This document shows, piece by piece, positions 10,112 to 19,702 of a DNA stretch of 64,000 nt. Location of the stretch: assembly GCA_965552055.1 (NCBI GenBank), contig CBEVQO010000006.1, positions 32,001 through 96,000 on the forward strand, read 5' to 3'. The notes below the pieces were generated by a model. That model did not search any database, was not told the DNA's origin, and worked only from the letters and a program-made list of their open reading frames with translations. The position numbers were made by a program, and so were the translations under genes. The stretch is from an uncultured bacterium (lineage in GTDB: Bacteria; Hydrothermota; UBA3073; NMUJ01; CBEVQO01). The first letter of the stretch is position 1. Every line of letters starts with the position of its first letter.

Positions 10112-10971
10112 ATAGAAAAATTATCAGATTTTTTAAAAACAAGTGAGTTTAAAGGTAAATTAGTTTCATCAGCTACTGGCTGGCATTTCACTTTAAATAA
10201 AAAGAAAACAGGTGCTTTAACTTCAGAAAGAGCCTCGAAATTTCCTTGCCCTTTACTTATTATCAATTGTGATGAGAAAAATAATTCTTTAAAGGAATCA
10301 GAGCAATATTCCAGCAGAATACCCGGTGCATCGCATCCTGAGTTTATGATTTCACAAACTTCATTTAAGCCGGATTTCACAGCATCATCATAGGTAGCAT
10401 CATTCAAGACAGGCACCCCTTTCACAACATATAAAACCTTTTTATCAAGACGATTTAATTCTTCAATCAAAACCCTATCAAAAACAGTCTCACCGGCATT
10501 ATCTCCGAGATAAAGTATTACTTTAACATTGTTTAAGCATTTCTTAAACTCCTCATAATCAAATACTTTAAATTCACAATTTAAAGTTTCTTCAACATCT
10601 TTGAGGGGGTCGAATTCTTCACCTCTTCCGAAATCAATGACATTCCCCGCTACTGCTATTTTTATAGCACATGATAAAGGATCTGAGGATTTTTCCACAT
10701 CCTTTTTTAGTTCACAATATAATTTTTTGGCAATTTCAATGTGTTTTTCTTTATCTTTTTTATAAGGGTCATAAACTTTTGTATATTTTTTCGGTAAATT
10801 ATGTACAATTCTACCTGCGTGTGTAGGGGTTGGTAAACTCATGAGAGTGGGGAGTAAATTTGCTACATCCATCAAAACTTTTCGTTGTATTTCAAGGGAA
10901 TTCGTTGCTTTCTTTGTGGTTGTCAATGCCTGTCGAAATAAACAGGGAACACAATCAATCTTCAACTTCAT
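10108..10971 (-). CDS. Damage-control phosphatase, DUF89/ARMT1-like
   Basis: DCVPC, AGNVIDFG, GDNAGETVFD, LNDAT, SKGQGNFE. Confidence 0.9.
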   Translation of the reverse strand: MKLKIDCVPCLFRQALTTTKKATNSLEIQRKVLMDVANLLPTLMSLPTPTHAGRIVHNLPKKYTKVYDPYKKDKEKHIEIAKKLYCELKKDVEKSSDPLSCAIKIAVAGNVIDFGRGEEFDPLKDVEETLNCEFKVFDYEEFKKCLNNVKVILYLGDNAGETVFDRVLIEELNRLDKKVLYVVKGVPVLNDATYDDAVKSGLNEVCEIINSGCDAPGILLEYCSDSFKELFFSSQLIISKGQGNFEALSEVKAPVFFLFKVKCQPVADETNLPLNSLVFKKSDNFSI

Positions 10972-11785
10972 AGCCAGCGAATTTTAAAAATTCCTCAACA
11001 TCTTCGTATCGCACTTTAAATTTACCTATTTGAGGATATTTTGGTACATCTCCATGACTATCCGAGCCCCCTGTCATTAACAGGTTATATTTCTTGCATA
11101 ATCCCTTCAAAAATTCAACATCTTTATCATCATGAAAGGGATGCCACACTTCAAGACCCTGTACTTTCGCATTAATCACTTCATAAATCAAATTTTTATT
11201 ATCAAGTTTACAGGGATGAGCAAGCACAGGTATACCACCTGCGTCTTTTATCGCTCTCACAATGTCTTTAGGTTCTGGGACAATCTTGGGAACAAAACAC
11301 GGTCTATCTTCACCCAGATAAAGTTTGAAAGCTTCGAGACGCTCTTTTACAACACCAAGTTCAACAAGTGTCTCTGCAATATGAGGACGGCCAAGTACAT
11401 GTGGCTTTGCATATTTTAAAACATCCTCAAATTTTATTTTGACACCATGTTCGTTTAGTTTTTCAATTATTTTCTTCGCTCTTTCGATTCTACTTTTTCT
11501 TATCTCACAAAGTAAATCATTAATGGCAGAATCATGGTAATTTATGTTATATCCTAAAATATGGATGCTTTGTCTATTAATACTTGCAGATACTTCGACA
11601 GCAGGTATTACTTTAATTCCCAGATTTTTTCCAGCTTTGAGTGCTTCATCTATACCATCGATTGAATCGTGGTCAGCGATTGCAGCAACCACAATGCCAT
11701 GTTCTTTCGCACGAAGAAGTGACTGGGTGGGAGAAAGGGTGCCATCAGAAAAGGTTGTATGAATATGTAAATCAACCCATTTCAT
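10955..11785 (-). CDS. PHP domain metallophosphoesterase (TrpH/YciV-like)
   Basis: DLHIHTTFSDG, ADHD, GRPHIA, LAHP, TGGSDSHG. Confidence 0.9.
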   Translation of the reverse strand: MKWVDLHIHTTFSDGTLSPTQSLLRAKEHGIVVAAIADHDSIDGIDEALKAGKNLGIKVIPAVEVSASINRQSIHILGYNINYHDSAINDLLCEIRKSRIERAKKIIEKLNEHGVKIKFEDVLKYAKPHVLGRPHIAETLVELGVVKERLEAFKLYLGEDRPCFVPKIVPEPKDIVRAIKDAGGIPVLAHPCKLDNKNLIYEVINAKVQGLEVWHPFHDDKDVEFLKGLCKKYNLLMTGGSDSHGDVPKYPQIGKFKVRYEDVEEFLKFAGYEVED

Positions 11786-12269
11786 TTAGTTTCTCCTTCA
11801 TTTTTTTCCGAACAATTTCCGGAACAAAACTCGAGATGTCTCCACCGAGGCGCGCAAGTTCACGCACTAAACTTGAACTTAAAAAAGAATATTTCTCACA
11901 GGGCATAAAAAATATCACTTCAAAATCAGGAAACATCCTTCTATTTGCCATAGCCATTTGAAATTCAAATTCAAAATCCGAAACAGCTCTCAAGCCCCTT
12001 ATTACCGTATTTAAACCATGAGAACGCAGATAATCTACAAGCAAGCCCTGTAATACATCGACTTCAACCCTTTTTTCTTCTTTAAAAATTTCTTTAACAA
12101 TTTCTACCCTTTCTTGAAGCGAGAAAAATGGATTTTTTTCTTTTCTTTCAGCAACTAAAATGATGACTTTATCAAAAATTTTTAAAGCCCTTTTAACGAC
12201 ATCTACATGACCGTTGGTTATGGGGTCAAAAGTCCCGGGATATACCGCTATTTTAGCGCTCAATCCCAT
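11772..12269 (-). CDS. coaD: Phosphopantetheine adenylyltransferase
   Basis: YPGTFDPITNGH, IRGLRAVSDFEFE, SSSLVRE. Confidence 0.96.
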   Translation of the reverse strand: MGLSAKIAVYPGTFDPITNGHVDVVKRALKIFDKVIILVAERKEKNPFFSLQERVEIVKEIFKEEKRVEVDVLQGLLVDYLRSHGLNTVIRGLRAVSDFEFEFQMAMANRRMFPDFEVIFFMPCEKYSFLSSSLVRELARLGGDISSFVPEIVRKKMKEKLNEMG

Positions 12270-12492
12270 ATCTTTCCCTTAATATCAATCTTAAATAGGA
12301 AAGAGAGGTCTTTAATCTCCTTATTTCACTGGTTAATAAAATTCTGGAAGCATCGAGGATGATGATTTCCCTTTTCCAGTGATTTATTTCGGAATGCAAT
12401 TTCAAAAGCCTTATTAAGCCATATTTACTGAATACAAGAAAATAAATCGCCAGAAGCAAGAATATAAGATTAAATAATTTTCTTCCTTTCAT
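12253..12492 (-). CDS. Septum formation initiator (FtsB/DivIC-like)
   Basis: Single TM, FSKYGL motif, coiled coil, C-terminal RERYG. Start moved to ATG 12492, downstream of the promoter. Confidence 0.6.
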   Translation of the reverse strand: MKGRKLFNLIFLLLAIYFLVFSKYGLIRLLKLHSEINHWKREIIILDASRILLTSEIRRLKTSLSYLRLILRERYGIER

Positions 12493-12499
12493 AGCACTT

Positions 12500-12526
12500 A
12501 ATCTAATCAAAATTTCAAAAAGTCAA
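12500..12526 (-). promoter_or_regulatory. Promoter for the ftsB-like/coaD operon
   Basis: TTGACT-N15-TAGATT-N7-ATG. Confidence 0.55.
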
Positions 12527-12535
12527 GATATTTTG

Positions 12536-12562
12536 TTGACAAAATATTTATTCGATTATAAT
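12536..12562 (+). promoter_or_regulatory. Promoter for the TPR operon, probably leaderless
   Basis: Perfect TTGACA-N15-TATAAT-N5-ATG. Confidence 0.7.
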
Positions 12563-12567
12563 AAAGG

Positions 12568-13116
12568 ATGGCGAGGAAAGTTCCAAAAACAGATATTTTT
12601 ATTCAGAATGTGCAGAGATTTTTCTATAAATTAACGAAATACAGAAATTATGTGTTTATTGGAATTGCTGGGCTAATTGTAATATGTGCGGTTGCGGGTT
12701 ACATAAAGAAAACGAATTTTGAGAAAGAGCTCGTGGCTAAGAGGCTATTTTACAATGCACTTTCTGACTACACTGCTGGAAATATTCAAAGGGCTTTGGA
12801 ATCTTTCAAAGAAATTACAAAGAGTTATGGAGGGACAAGGGTTGGTGCAAGGGCTCTTTATTATCTTGCGAACTGTTACTATTATCTCGGGAAATTTGAA
12901 GAAGCCAGAGAATCATTTGAAAAAGTATTGAAAAAGACGAAAGATGAAATTTTTTGTCAGGGTGCGTTACTCGGCATAGCAGATTGTTATCTTCAGGAAG
13001 GCAAAATTTTAGAAGCAAAAGAATACTATGAGAAAGTCAAAAAGAGGTTCCCGGGCACACCTGTAGCGGAGCTCGCAAAAAGGCGACTCTCCCTCATTTC
13101 TACCAATGTCCAATAA
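12568..13116 (+). CDS. Membrane-anchored TPR protein (YfgM-like)
   Basis: N-terminal TM followed by TPR repeats. Confidence 0.7.
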   Translation: MARKVPKTDIFIQNVQRFFYKLTKYRNYVFIGIAGLIVICAVAGYIKKTNFEKELVAKRLFYNALSDYTAGNIQRALESFKEITKSYGGTRVGARALYYLANCYYYLGKFEEARESFEKVLKKTKDEIFCQGALLGIADCYLQEGKILEAKEYYEKVKKRFPGTPVAELAKRRLSLISTNVQ

Positions 13117-14371
13117 GGTCTCTTATGTAAACTTACTTATTATATTGGGTGGGTGTTTCAGGCTCGCCGATGTAAAGGCTTATTTCAACACAATGTATAT
13201 GGCTCGAGAATATTATAAAAAAGGCGATTACAAAAAATGCATCGAAAATTGCGAAAGAATAATAAAATATCATTCAAAATCTAAATATGTGCCCGAAGCT
13301 ATCTATCTCATAGCAAAATCATCCTTCCACCTCAAAAAATATAGAGAAGCCGAAAAAAAATATTTCGAATTTTTATCTCTATACCCCGATCATCCTCTCA
13401 AATTAAAAGTGCTCATCGGTTTAAGCGAGGTGAAAATCGAAAAAGGCGAATTCGATGACGCAATCTATTACATACAGAAAGCACTCAAAGAAGCTAAAGG
13501 ATACACAAAGAAACTAATCTATATAAGACTGCTTAATCTTCATTTCAAATTGAAGAATTATGAAGAAGTACTTAATCTTGGGAAATCTTACTTAACCTGC
13601 AAAAAGAACCCTTTTAGATTAGAGATAATGCTACTGATGGCTAAGGCAGCGGATTCTCTGCAAAATTTCGAACTCGCATTGAACTATAAAAAGAGAATTT
13701 ATAAGAAACAAAAATCCGATTCACTTCTTTTCAGTATCGCAACAGATTTGCAAAACCTAGGAGAAAATGAAAAGGCGATTAAATACTTCAAAAAACTTTT
13801 AAAATCTTTAAAGGATAAAAAACTTCTACCAAAAATCCATTATCGTATGGCAATCAGCTACAATGCAATGGGTTTAACGGATAGCGCTATACATCACCTT
13901 GAAATAAGTAAAATACCCGAAGCTTACTTCTTGCTCGGAAAAATATACGAACAGAATAAAAAATTCGAAGAAGCCTGTAAATACTATCAGAAAGTCCCAA
14001 AAAATACTAAATTCAGTAAAGAAGCGATATTGAGATTTTCGAGACTTAAAAGATATCTGGAATACCGTAAAGATACACTTATAACGGCAAAATCTACTTT
14101 TATACTGGGAGAAATATTCTGGATGGAATTTAATCAACTCGATAGTGCTATTTATTATTACTCAAAGGTATTAAATGAGTTTCCCGAATCAGAATACGCT
14201 CCAAAGGCTTTATTCTGTATCGCATGGATTTATGAAAAATACAAAGCAGATACCGCAAAAGCACTAGAAAGTTATACAAAACTATGTGAAATGTTTCCGC
14301 AAACAGATTACGCAAAAGCAGCAAGATGCGCAATCGAGAGATTGGAAAAAAATGAGAATAATATCAAATGA
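13106..14371 (+). CDS. TPR repeat protein, probable lipoprotein
   Basis: LIILGGC lipobox-like motif, AYFNT motif, many TPRs. Confidence 0.75.
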   Translation: MSNKVSYVNLLIILGGCFRLADVKAYFNTMYMAREYYKKGDYKKCIENCERIIKYHSKSKYVPEAIYLIAKSSFHLKKYREAEKKYFEFLSLYPDHPLKLKVLIGLSEVKIEKGEFDDAIYYIQKALKEAKGYTKKLIYIRLLNLHFKLKNYEEVLNLGKSYLTCKKNPFRLEIMLLMAKAADSLQNFELALNYKKRIYKKQKSDSLLFSIATDLQNLGENEKAIKYFKKLLKSLKDKKLLPKIHYRMAISYNAMGLTDSAIHHLEISKIPEAYFLLGKIYEQNKKFEEACKYYQKVPKNTKFSKEAILRFSRLKRYLEYRKDTLITAKSTFILGEIFWMEFNQLDSAIYYYSKVLNEFPESEYAPKALFCIAWIYEKYKADTAKALESYTKLCEMFPQTDYAKAARCAIERLEKNENNIK

Positions 14372-15071
14372 AAATATAGGAAAAAATATTTATTTGATGA
14401 GATTAGAAGGTTTAAAAGGAGAAGTTTATCCCTTCCAGTTCTTCATGTTCAAAATAAGAGAAGAAGATACACCCCTCTTGCGAAGACCTTTCAGTGTTCA
14501 CAATGCTTATCTTCATTACTTAGAAATACTTTACAAGGTAAGAGGAAAGGGAACAGAGTTACTTTCGCGAAAAAAACAGGGTGATTATTTAGATGTTGTG
14601 GGACCTCTTGGTAAGCCTTTTCTCCCTTCTCCCGGCAACTATACGCTTATAGCTGGCGGAATGGGTATAGCACCTCTGCTTTTTCTCGCAAAATTTATAA
14701 AAGGAGAAATAAAATTTTTAGTGGGATGCAAATCGTATGAACTTTATCCTGTTATTGAAAAATGCAAAGATTATGGAAAGGTATTTGTATGCACGGAGGA
14801 TGGTTCTCTTGGAGAAAGAGGTATAATAACTGACTTTTTAGAAGAAATAAGCAAAAAATCAAAAGTAATAGCATGTGGACCAATTGAGATGTTGAAAAAA
14901 ATTAAGAAATATTGTGAAGAAAGAAAAATAAAATGTTATCTTTCCCTTGAAAGAAGGATGGGTTGCGGGATAGGTGCATGTAAAGGTTGCGCAGTAAAAG
15001 CAGAAAAGGGAGGTTATTATTATGTGTGCAAAGATGGACCAGTGTTTGAATCTACCACAATCAGAATTTAA
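14352..15071 (+). CDS. pyrK: Dihydroorotate dehydrogenase electron transfer subunit
   Basis: LRRPFS, GPLG, AGGMGIAP, ERRMGCGIGACKGC...CKDGPVF; no pyrD adjacent. Confidence 0.88.
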   Translation: MRIISNENIGKNIYLMRLEGLKGEVYPFQFFMFKIREEDTPLLRRPFSVHNAYLHYLEILYKVRGKGTELLSRKKQGDYLDVVGPLGKPFLPSPGNYTLIAGGMGIAPLLFLAKFIKGEIKFLVGCKSYELYPVIEKCKDYGKVFVCTEDGSLGERGIITDFLEEISKKSKVIACGPIEMLKKIKKYCEERKIKCYLSLERRMGCGIGACKGCAVKAEKGGYYYVCKDGPVFESTTIRI

Positions 15072-16122
15072 AGAAAGACAGGAAAAACTGAGAAAAATGA
15101 TGAAAAAAATAGATGCACTTATAATCATGAACCCGATAAATGTTTATTATCTAACGGGATTCGAAGGAGCAGGATATCTCTTAATAACGCCAACACAAAC
15201 CCTTCTTTACACAGGCTTTATAGATAAGGAACCAGCAAAAAATGCAGTTTGCGACGATGTTATAATATTGAAAGGAAAATTGAATATCGGAATGATAAAA
15301 ACTGCTCCCTTTAAACATCTTAAAAATATAGGTATAGAATCTTCAATTTCGTATGCGGAATTTATGCATTTGCAGAAACTATTGAAGAAAAAGAGAAAAA
15401 GATTAATACCTGTAACAGGAAAAGTTGAGACATTGCGATTAACAAAATCAGAAGAAGAAATAAAATTAATAAAAAAAGCTGCAGAAATATCGGATGAAGT
15501 TTTTGGGGAAATACAAAAGATGATAAAACCCGGAATCACAGAAAGAGAGATTGCAATTGAGATAGATTATCAATTAAAAAAGAAAGGTGCCAGAAGAGCG
15601 TCTTTTGAAGTCATAGTAGCTGCAGGTGAGAATGGAGCTCTCCCCCATGCCATTTCAGGCGATTATAAAATAAAAGAAGGAGATATGATAACGATTGATA
15701 TGGGAGCACAATACAAAGGATATTGCTCTGACATGACAAGAACATTTGCGGTTGGAGAGCCTTCTCAAGAGATGAAAAAAATTTATAAAATCGTAAAAGA
15801 AGCTCAGGAGAGAGCAATCGAAGCAGTTAAACCCGGTATAAAGGTGCGTGAACTCGATAAAATAGCGAGGGATTTTATAAAGAAAGAGGGATTCGGGAAA
15901 TATTTTGGTCATTCGTTGGGACACGGTATAGGTCTTCAGGTGCACGAAGCTCCGAGAGTATCATGGCTTGGCAAAGGAGAACTTAAAGAAAATATGGTGA
16001 TTACAATAGAACCAGGGATTTACATTCCGGGAAAGGGCGGGGTAAGAATAGAAGATATGGTGGTTGTAAGAAAAGAAGGTCCAGAAATTTTAACTAAATC
16101 CGAGAAAATCGAAATCCTTTAA
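15022..16122 (+). CDS. Xaa-Pro peptidase (M24B); true start probably slightly downstream
   Basis: HSLGHGIGLQVHE, TIEPGIY, GVRIED. Confidence 0.93.
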   Translation: MCAKMDQCLNLPQSEFKERQEKLRKMMKKIDALIIMNPINVYYLTGFEGAGYLLITPTQTLLYTGFIDKEPAKNAVCDDVIILKGKLNIGMIKTAPFKHLKNIGIESSISYAEFMHLQKLLKKKRKRLIPVTGKVETLRLTKSEEEIKLIKKAAEISDEVFGEIQKMIKPGITEREIAIEIDYQLKKKGARRASFEVIVAAGENGALPHAISGDYKIKEGDMITIDMGAQYKGYCSDMTRTFAVGEPSQEMKKIYKIVKEAQERAIEAVKPGIKVRELDKIARDFIKKEGFGKYFGHSLGHGIGLQVHEAPRVSWLGKGELKENMVITIEPGIYIPGKGGVRIEDMVVVRKEGPEILTKSEKIEIL

Positions 16123-17760
16123 GATTAAATAATTTCCTCTTACTTCGTAAACGATGTTTATTACAGAGCCCCTGCGAATTAAATAAACTGCGTCCCCTAA
16201 ACCTTTCGCGATACATCTCTTAACAACACCCTGTCTGTCTTTTACACTGAATTTGACGCCTCCTTGAATTCTCTCAGGATAACTAATAACTTCAACACAT
16301 TTTGTTAAAAACAAAGGAGCTTCATTACCTTCTCCAAAAGGTCTCATTTTATCGAGAATTTCTATAAATTTGTCTGTGAAAATCGAAAAGTCGGTTTCAA
16401 GGTCGACATATAATTTTGGCTCCAAGTCTCTTTCACTTAAAGTTTTTTCTACATATTCCTTAAGTTTTACTTTAATAATGTTAAAGTTTTTTCTATCAAT
16501 GGTAAAACCGGCTGCCCTTGTGTGTCCGCCGAAGCTCAGGAAGAGCGGACGAAAGCGAGAAAGTGCACGCATGATGTTATAATCAGGAGTGCTCCTGCAG
16601 GAAGCCCTACCTACATCACCCTCAAAGGAGCAGAGCACAACCGGACGGTAAAATTCTTCACAAAGCTTACCTGCAACAATGCCTATCACACCGGGATGCC
16701 ACTTATCACTATCAGCAATTATTATCTTCTCAGAAGCAAGTTCCTCGTGTAATAACTTCTTCCTGAAATCGTTCATAATAGCCTCTTGTATTTTCTGTCG
16801 CTTTTCATTTTCTTTATTCAATCTATCAGCTATCGCTTTTGCACGCTCTTCCTTTTTTGTGCAAAAGAGACGCACAGCATCAATAGCATCATCGAGTCTT
16901 CCAAGGGCATTAATACGAGGTGCAAGAACATAAGAAACATAGAAAGTATCAAGAGTTCTACCGGATAAAGAAGTGACTTCAAGCAACTTACGGATACCCA
17001 AATTTTCACTGCACTCAATTTGTTTTAATCCGAATTTCGCAAAAAGACGGTTTTCATCAATAAGTGGACATACATCTGCAATTGTACCTATGCTAACGAG
17101 GTCCAGAAGTTTATAAAGATTTTTTTCATCGAAACCCGCTTCTTTGTAAACAGCTTGAAGCAATTTGAAAGCGACACCACATCCAGCGAGTTCCTTAAAA
17201 GGATAATCACATGTTTTGGGATTTATAATGGCATAAGCGGGTGGCAATGTATCTCCAGGTTCATGATGGTCGGTTATTATCACATCGACTCCCTCTTCCC
17301 TCGCCTTTTCCACCTCCCCCACATCCCTCACCCCACAATCCACAGTTATTATAAGGTTTACATAAGAAGAAATCTTTGACTTAATTTTTGAGAATTTAAA
17401 GCCGTAGCCTTCTGAAAGGCGATGCGGCACTACACAATAAGATTTCACGCCTAATTGCTCGATCCCGAGATAAAGAAGAGATGCTCCCGTTACACCGTCT
17501 GTGTCATAGTCACCGTAAATAACAATCTTCTCACCGCGCTTTACTGCCTCCACTATTCGCCGAGACGCTTTTTTCATGTCAGGAAATATATAAGGATTAT
17601 GCATCTGTTTCAAAGAAGGATTCAAAAAATTATAAATTTCTTCAGCTGACTTAAAACCTCTTTTCAATAAAATTTTTGCAATTTCTAAAGGTAAACTCAA
17701 TTCTTGGCTTATTTTCTTTATCTCTTCACGCCGGGGTACAGGTTTTAAAACCCATCTCAT
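16090..17760 (-). CDS. recJ: ssDNA exonuclease RecJ
   Basis: YGDYDTDG, TVDCG, TDHH, PRINALGRL, GGHTRAAG. Confidence 0.95.
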   Translation of the reverse strand: MRWVLKPVPRREEIKKISQELSLPLEIAKILLKRGFKSAEEIYNFLNPSLKQMHNPYIFPDMKKASRRIVEAVKRGEKIVIYGDYDTDGVTGASLLYLGIEQLGVKSYCVVPHRLSEGYGFKFSKIKSKISSYVNLIITVDCGVRDVGEVEKAREEGVDVIITDHHEPGDTLPPAYAIINPKTCDYPFKELAGCGVAFKLLQAVYKEAGFDEKNLYKLLDLVSIGTIADVCPLIDENRLFAKFGLKQIECSENLGIRKLLEVTSLSGRTLDTFYVSYVLAPRINALGRLDDAIDAVRLFCTKKEERAKAIADRLNKENEKRQKIQEAIMNDFRKKLLHEELASEKIIIADSDKWHPGVIGIVAGKLCEEFYRPVVLCSFEGDVGRASCRSTPDYNIMRALSRFRPLFLSFGGHTRAAGFTIDRKNFNIIKVKLKEYVEKTLSERDLEPKLYVDLETDFSIFTDKFIEILDKMRPFGEGNEAPLFLTKCVEVISYPERIQGGVKFSVKDRQGVVKRCIAKGLGDAVYLIRRGSVINIVYEVRGNYLILKDFDFLGFS

Positions 17761-18290
17761 CTCATACTATATTTGCATCCACAATACCTTTGCCTGTATA
17801 ATGAAAATTTTTTACTTAACTCAACGGATTTTTTAAATCCATCTTCTTTTTTAAAGTCATAAGATAAAAAAGAAAGGGAATATTCTTTTGCAATCCTCTC
17901 CCCCACTTCAAAAATCACTTTAGCATTTTTATGGGGACTTATCGTTAAAGTAGTTGTAAATTTTTTAATACCCAGTTCTTTACATTTTTCCGCTGTTTTT
18001 CGCAACCTTATTTCAAAACATATTTTGCATCTTTTGCCTCCTTCAGGCTCTTTTTCATATCCCCTTATCTTATTATCCCATTCCTCGTTATCCCATTCTC
18101 CCACAATTAGTTCAAAATCCATTATCTTTGAAAGTTTTAAAGCATTTTCTAACCTTCTATCATATTCTTCTTTTGGAAAAATATTTGGGTTATAGAAGAA
18201 AAATATAGGTTCAAATCCTTCTTTTCTCATTTTTTCACAAACCCATGTAGCACAGGGTGCACAGCACATATGAACTAAAACTTTATCCAT
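17757..18290 (-). CDS. queH: Epoxyqueuosine reductase QueH
   Basis: HMCCAPC, YNPNI, RCKICFEIRL, YRQRYCGC. Confidence 0.9.
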   Translation of the reverse strand: MDKVLVHMCCAPCATWVCEKMRKEGFEPIFFFYNPNIFPKEEYDRRLENALKLSKIMDFELIVGEWDNEEWDNKIRGYEKEPEGGKRCKICFEIRLRKTAEKCKELGIKKFTTTLTISPHKNAKVIFEVGERIAKEYSLSFLSYDFKKEDGFKKSVELSKKFSLYRQRYCGCKYSMR

Positions 18291-18652
18291 ACCTTAAGTA
18301 ATACTTTAATATAAAGTAATACTTTAACAATGAATCTTTCCTGTAATACTTTGCCGTTAACCTTTGTCACTTTTCCAAGAATGTCTTTAAACTTAATTTT
18401 CTCAATTCTGCAGGAATTATCACCACAGCATATTGCATAATCTTTGATTCTAAAATAATACCTGTGCAAAATTAAATCTCCATTCTTTTGATAAAGGATG
18501 ATGTCTCCCGGAAAAATTCGTGTTTTTTCGATTTCCACTTTATCACCATCGCTTATTAAAGGGGACATTGACCTGCCCTTAACTTCAATGGTAATTCTTT
18601 TAAGATTTTTTATTAACTCTGCAATTTTTTGCTTATTTCTGCCATCCAGCAT
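18275..18652 (-). CDS. S24/S26 family peptidase (no TM anchor evident)
   Basis: VKGRSMSPLI, GDIILY, LHR, GDN motifs; start placed at ATG 18652. Confidence 0.8.
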   Translation of the reverse strand: MLDGRNKQKIAELIKNLKRITIEVKGRSMSPLISDGDKVEIEKTRIFPGDIILYQKNGDLILHRYYFRIKDYAICCGDNSCRIEKIKFKDILGKVTKVNGKVLQERFIVKVLLYIKVLLKVWIKF

Positions 18653-19617
18653 GAGCTTAAAGCTTTTCCCCTTAAATCTCCCGATTCTATAAGTGCAAGA
18701 CCGGGACATCTATTACAATAAGGTCTTAACTCACATTTTAAGCAATCTTTTAAATCTTCTGCTCTTATGTTTCTTAACATATTTAATTCTTTAGAGTTTT
18801 CCCAGATTTCTTCGATTTCAGTATCTCTTATATTTCCACAAATTAGAGGCATTTGTATACAGGGTTTTATTTCACCGAAGGGTGTTATTGTGAGCGTGGT
18901 GATACCTGCACCGCATAATAAGTTTTCATTGTCTTCAAATTTATTACTGCATCTTCTTAAAATTTCTTCATTCTGTTGCGCTAACTTTATTATAGCCTTT
19001 TGCGATGCTCTGTATTGTAAAGGTGAGTTATCACCATTATCTTTTGGGGTTATAAGTGCATCAACCTGATAATTTATCTTCAAATCCTTTGCAAATAAAA
19101 TTAAGTTTTCAATCTCATCTATGTTATATTTTGTAATTATGATTTTAAGTGTGATATTAAAATTATTTTCTTTCAACAATTTTATCGCTTCCATTGTTCT
19201 ACGGTGTGAGCCCTTTACACCAGTTATTTTTTCATGGGTTTTTTCTTTAAAACCGTAAATGCTGATTCCAATTTCCACTGGATGAATTTCTTTTAATTTT
19301 TCAACGATTTTTTCATCTATCAATGTTCCGTTTGTTATCACATAAATTGCCATTTTTTCTTCTCTTAATTTTCGTGCAATTTCGAAAAAATCTGTATAAA
19401 GTAAAGGTTCACCTCCAGTTAAAGTAACACTTAAAGTGCCTAATTTTCGCAATTTTTCTATTAATTTAAACCATTCTTCTAATGTCAATTTTTTACCTTT
19501 TCTCCTTACAACATAACAATGTTTACAATGAAGGTTGCAATCATAAGTTAATTCAAAAGTTGCTTTCACCGGAATTTTATTCCTGTAGGCAATCTTATAA
19601 AGTTCGTTTATAATCAT
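18613..19617 (-). CDS. Radical SAM protein with SPASM domain (PqqE-like maturase family)
   Basis: CNLHCKHC, TGGEP; SPASM cysteines CGAG...PC...CLKC...C..C...C. Confidence 0.9.
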   Translation of the reverse strand: MIINELYKIAYRNKIPVKATFELTYDCNLHCKHCYVVRRKGKKLTLEEWFKLIEKLRKLGTLSVTLTGGEPLLYTDFFEIARKLREEKMAIYVITNGTLIDEKIVEKLKEIHPVEIGISIYGFKEKTHEKITGVKGSHRRTMEAIKLLKENNFNITLKIIITKYNIDEIENLILFAKDLKINYQVDALITPKDNGDNSPLQYRASQKAIIKLAQQNEEILRRCSNKFEDNENLLCGAGITTLTITPFGEIKPCIQMPLICGNIRDTEIEEIWENSKELNMLRNIRAEDLKDCLKCELRPYCNRCPGLALIESGDLRGKALSSCWMAEISKKLQS

Positions 19618-19622
19618 CAGAT

Positions 19623-19649
19623 ATAATAATCGAGTTATAATTTTGGCAA
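19623..19649 (-). promoter_or_regulatory. Promoter for the radical SAM operon, probably leaderless
   Basis: TTGCCA-N15-TATTAT-N5-ATG. Confidence 0.55.
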
Positions 19650-19702
19650 CATTTTAATTGACAAATTTGTAAGATAAATAAAAAATAATAACAGGAGGGG
19701 AA

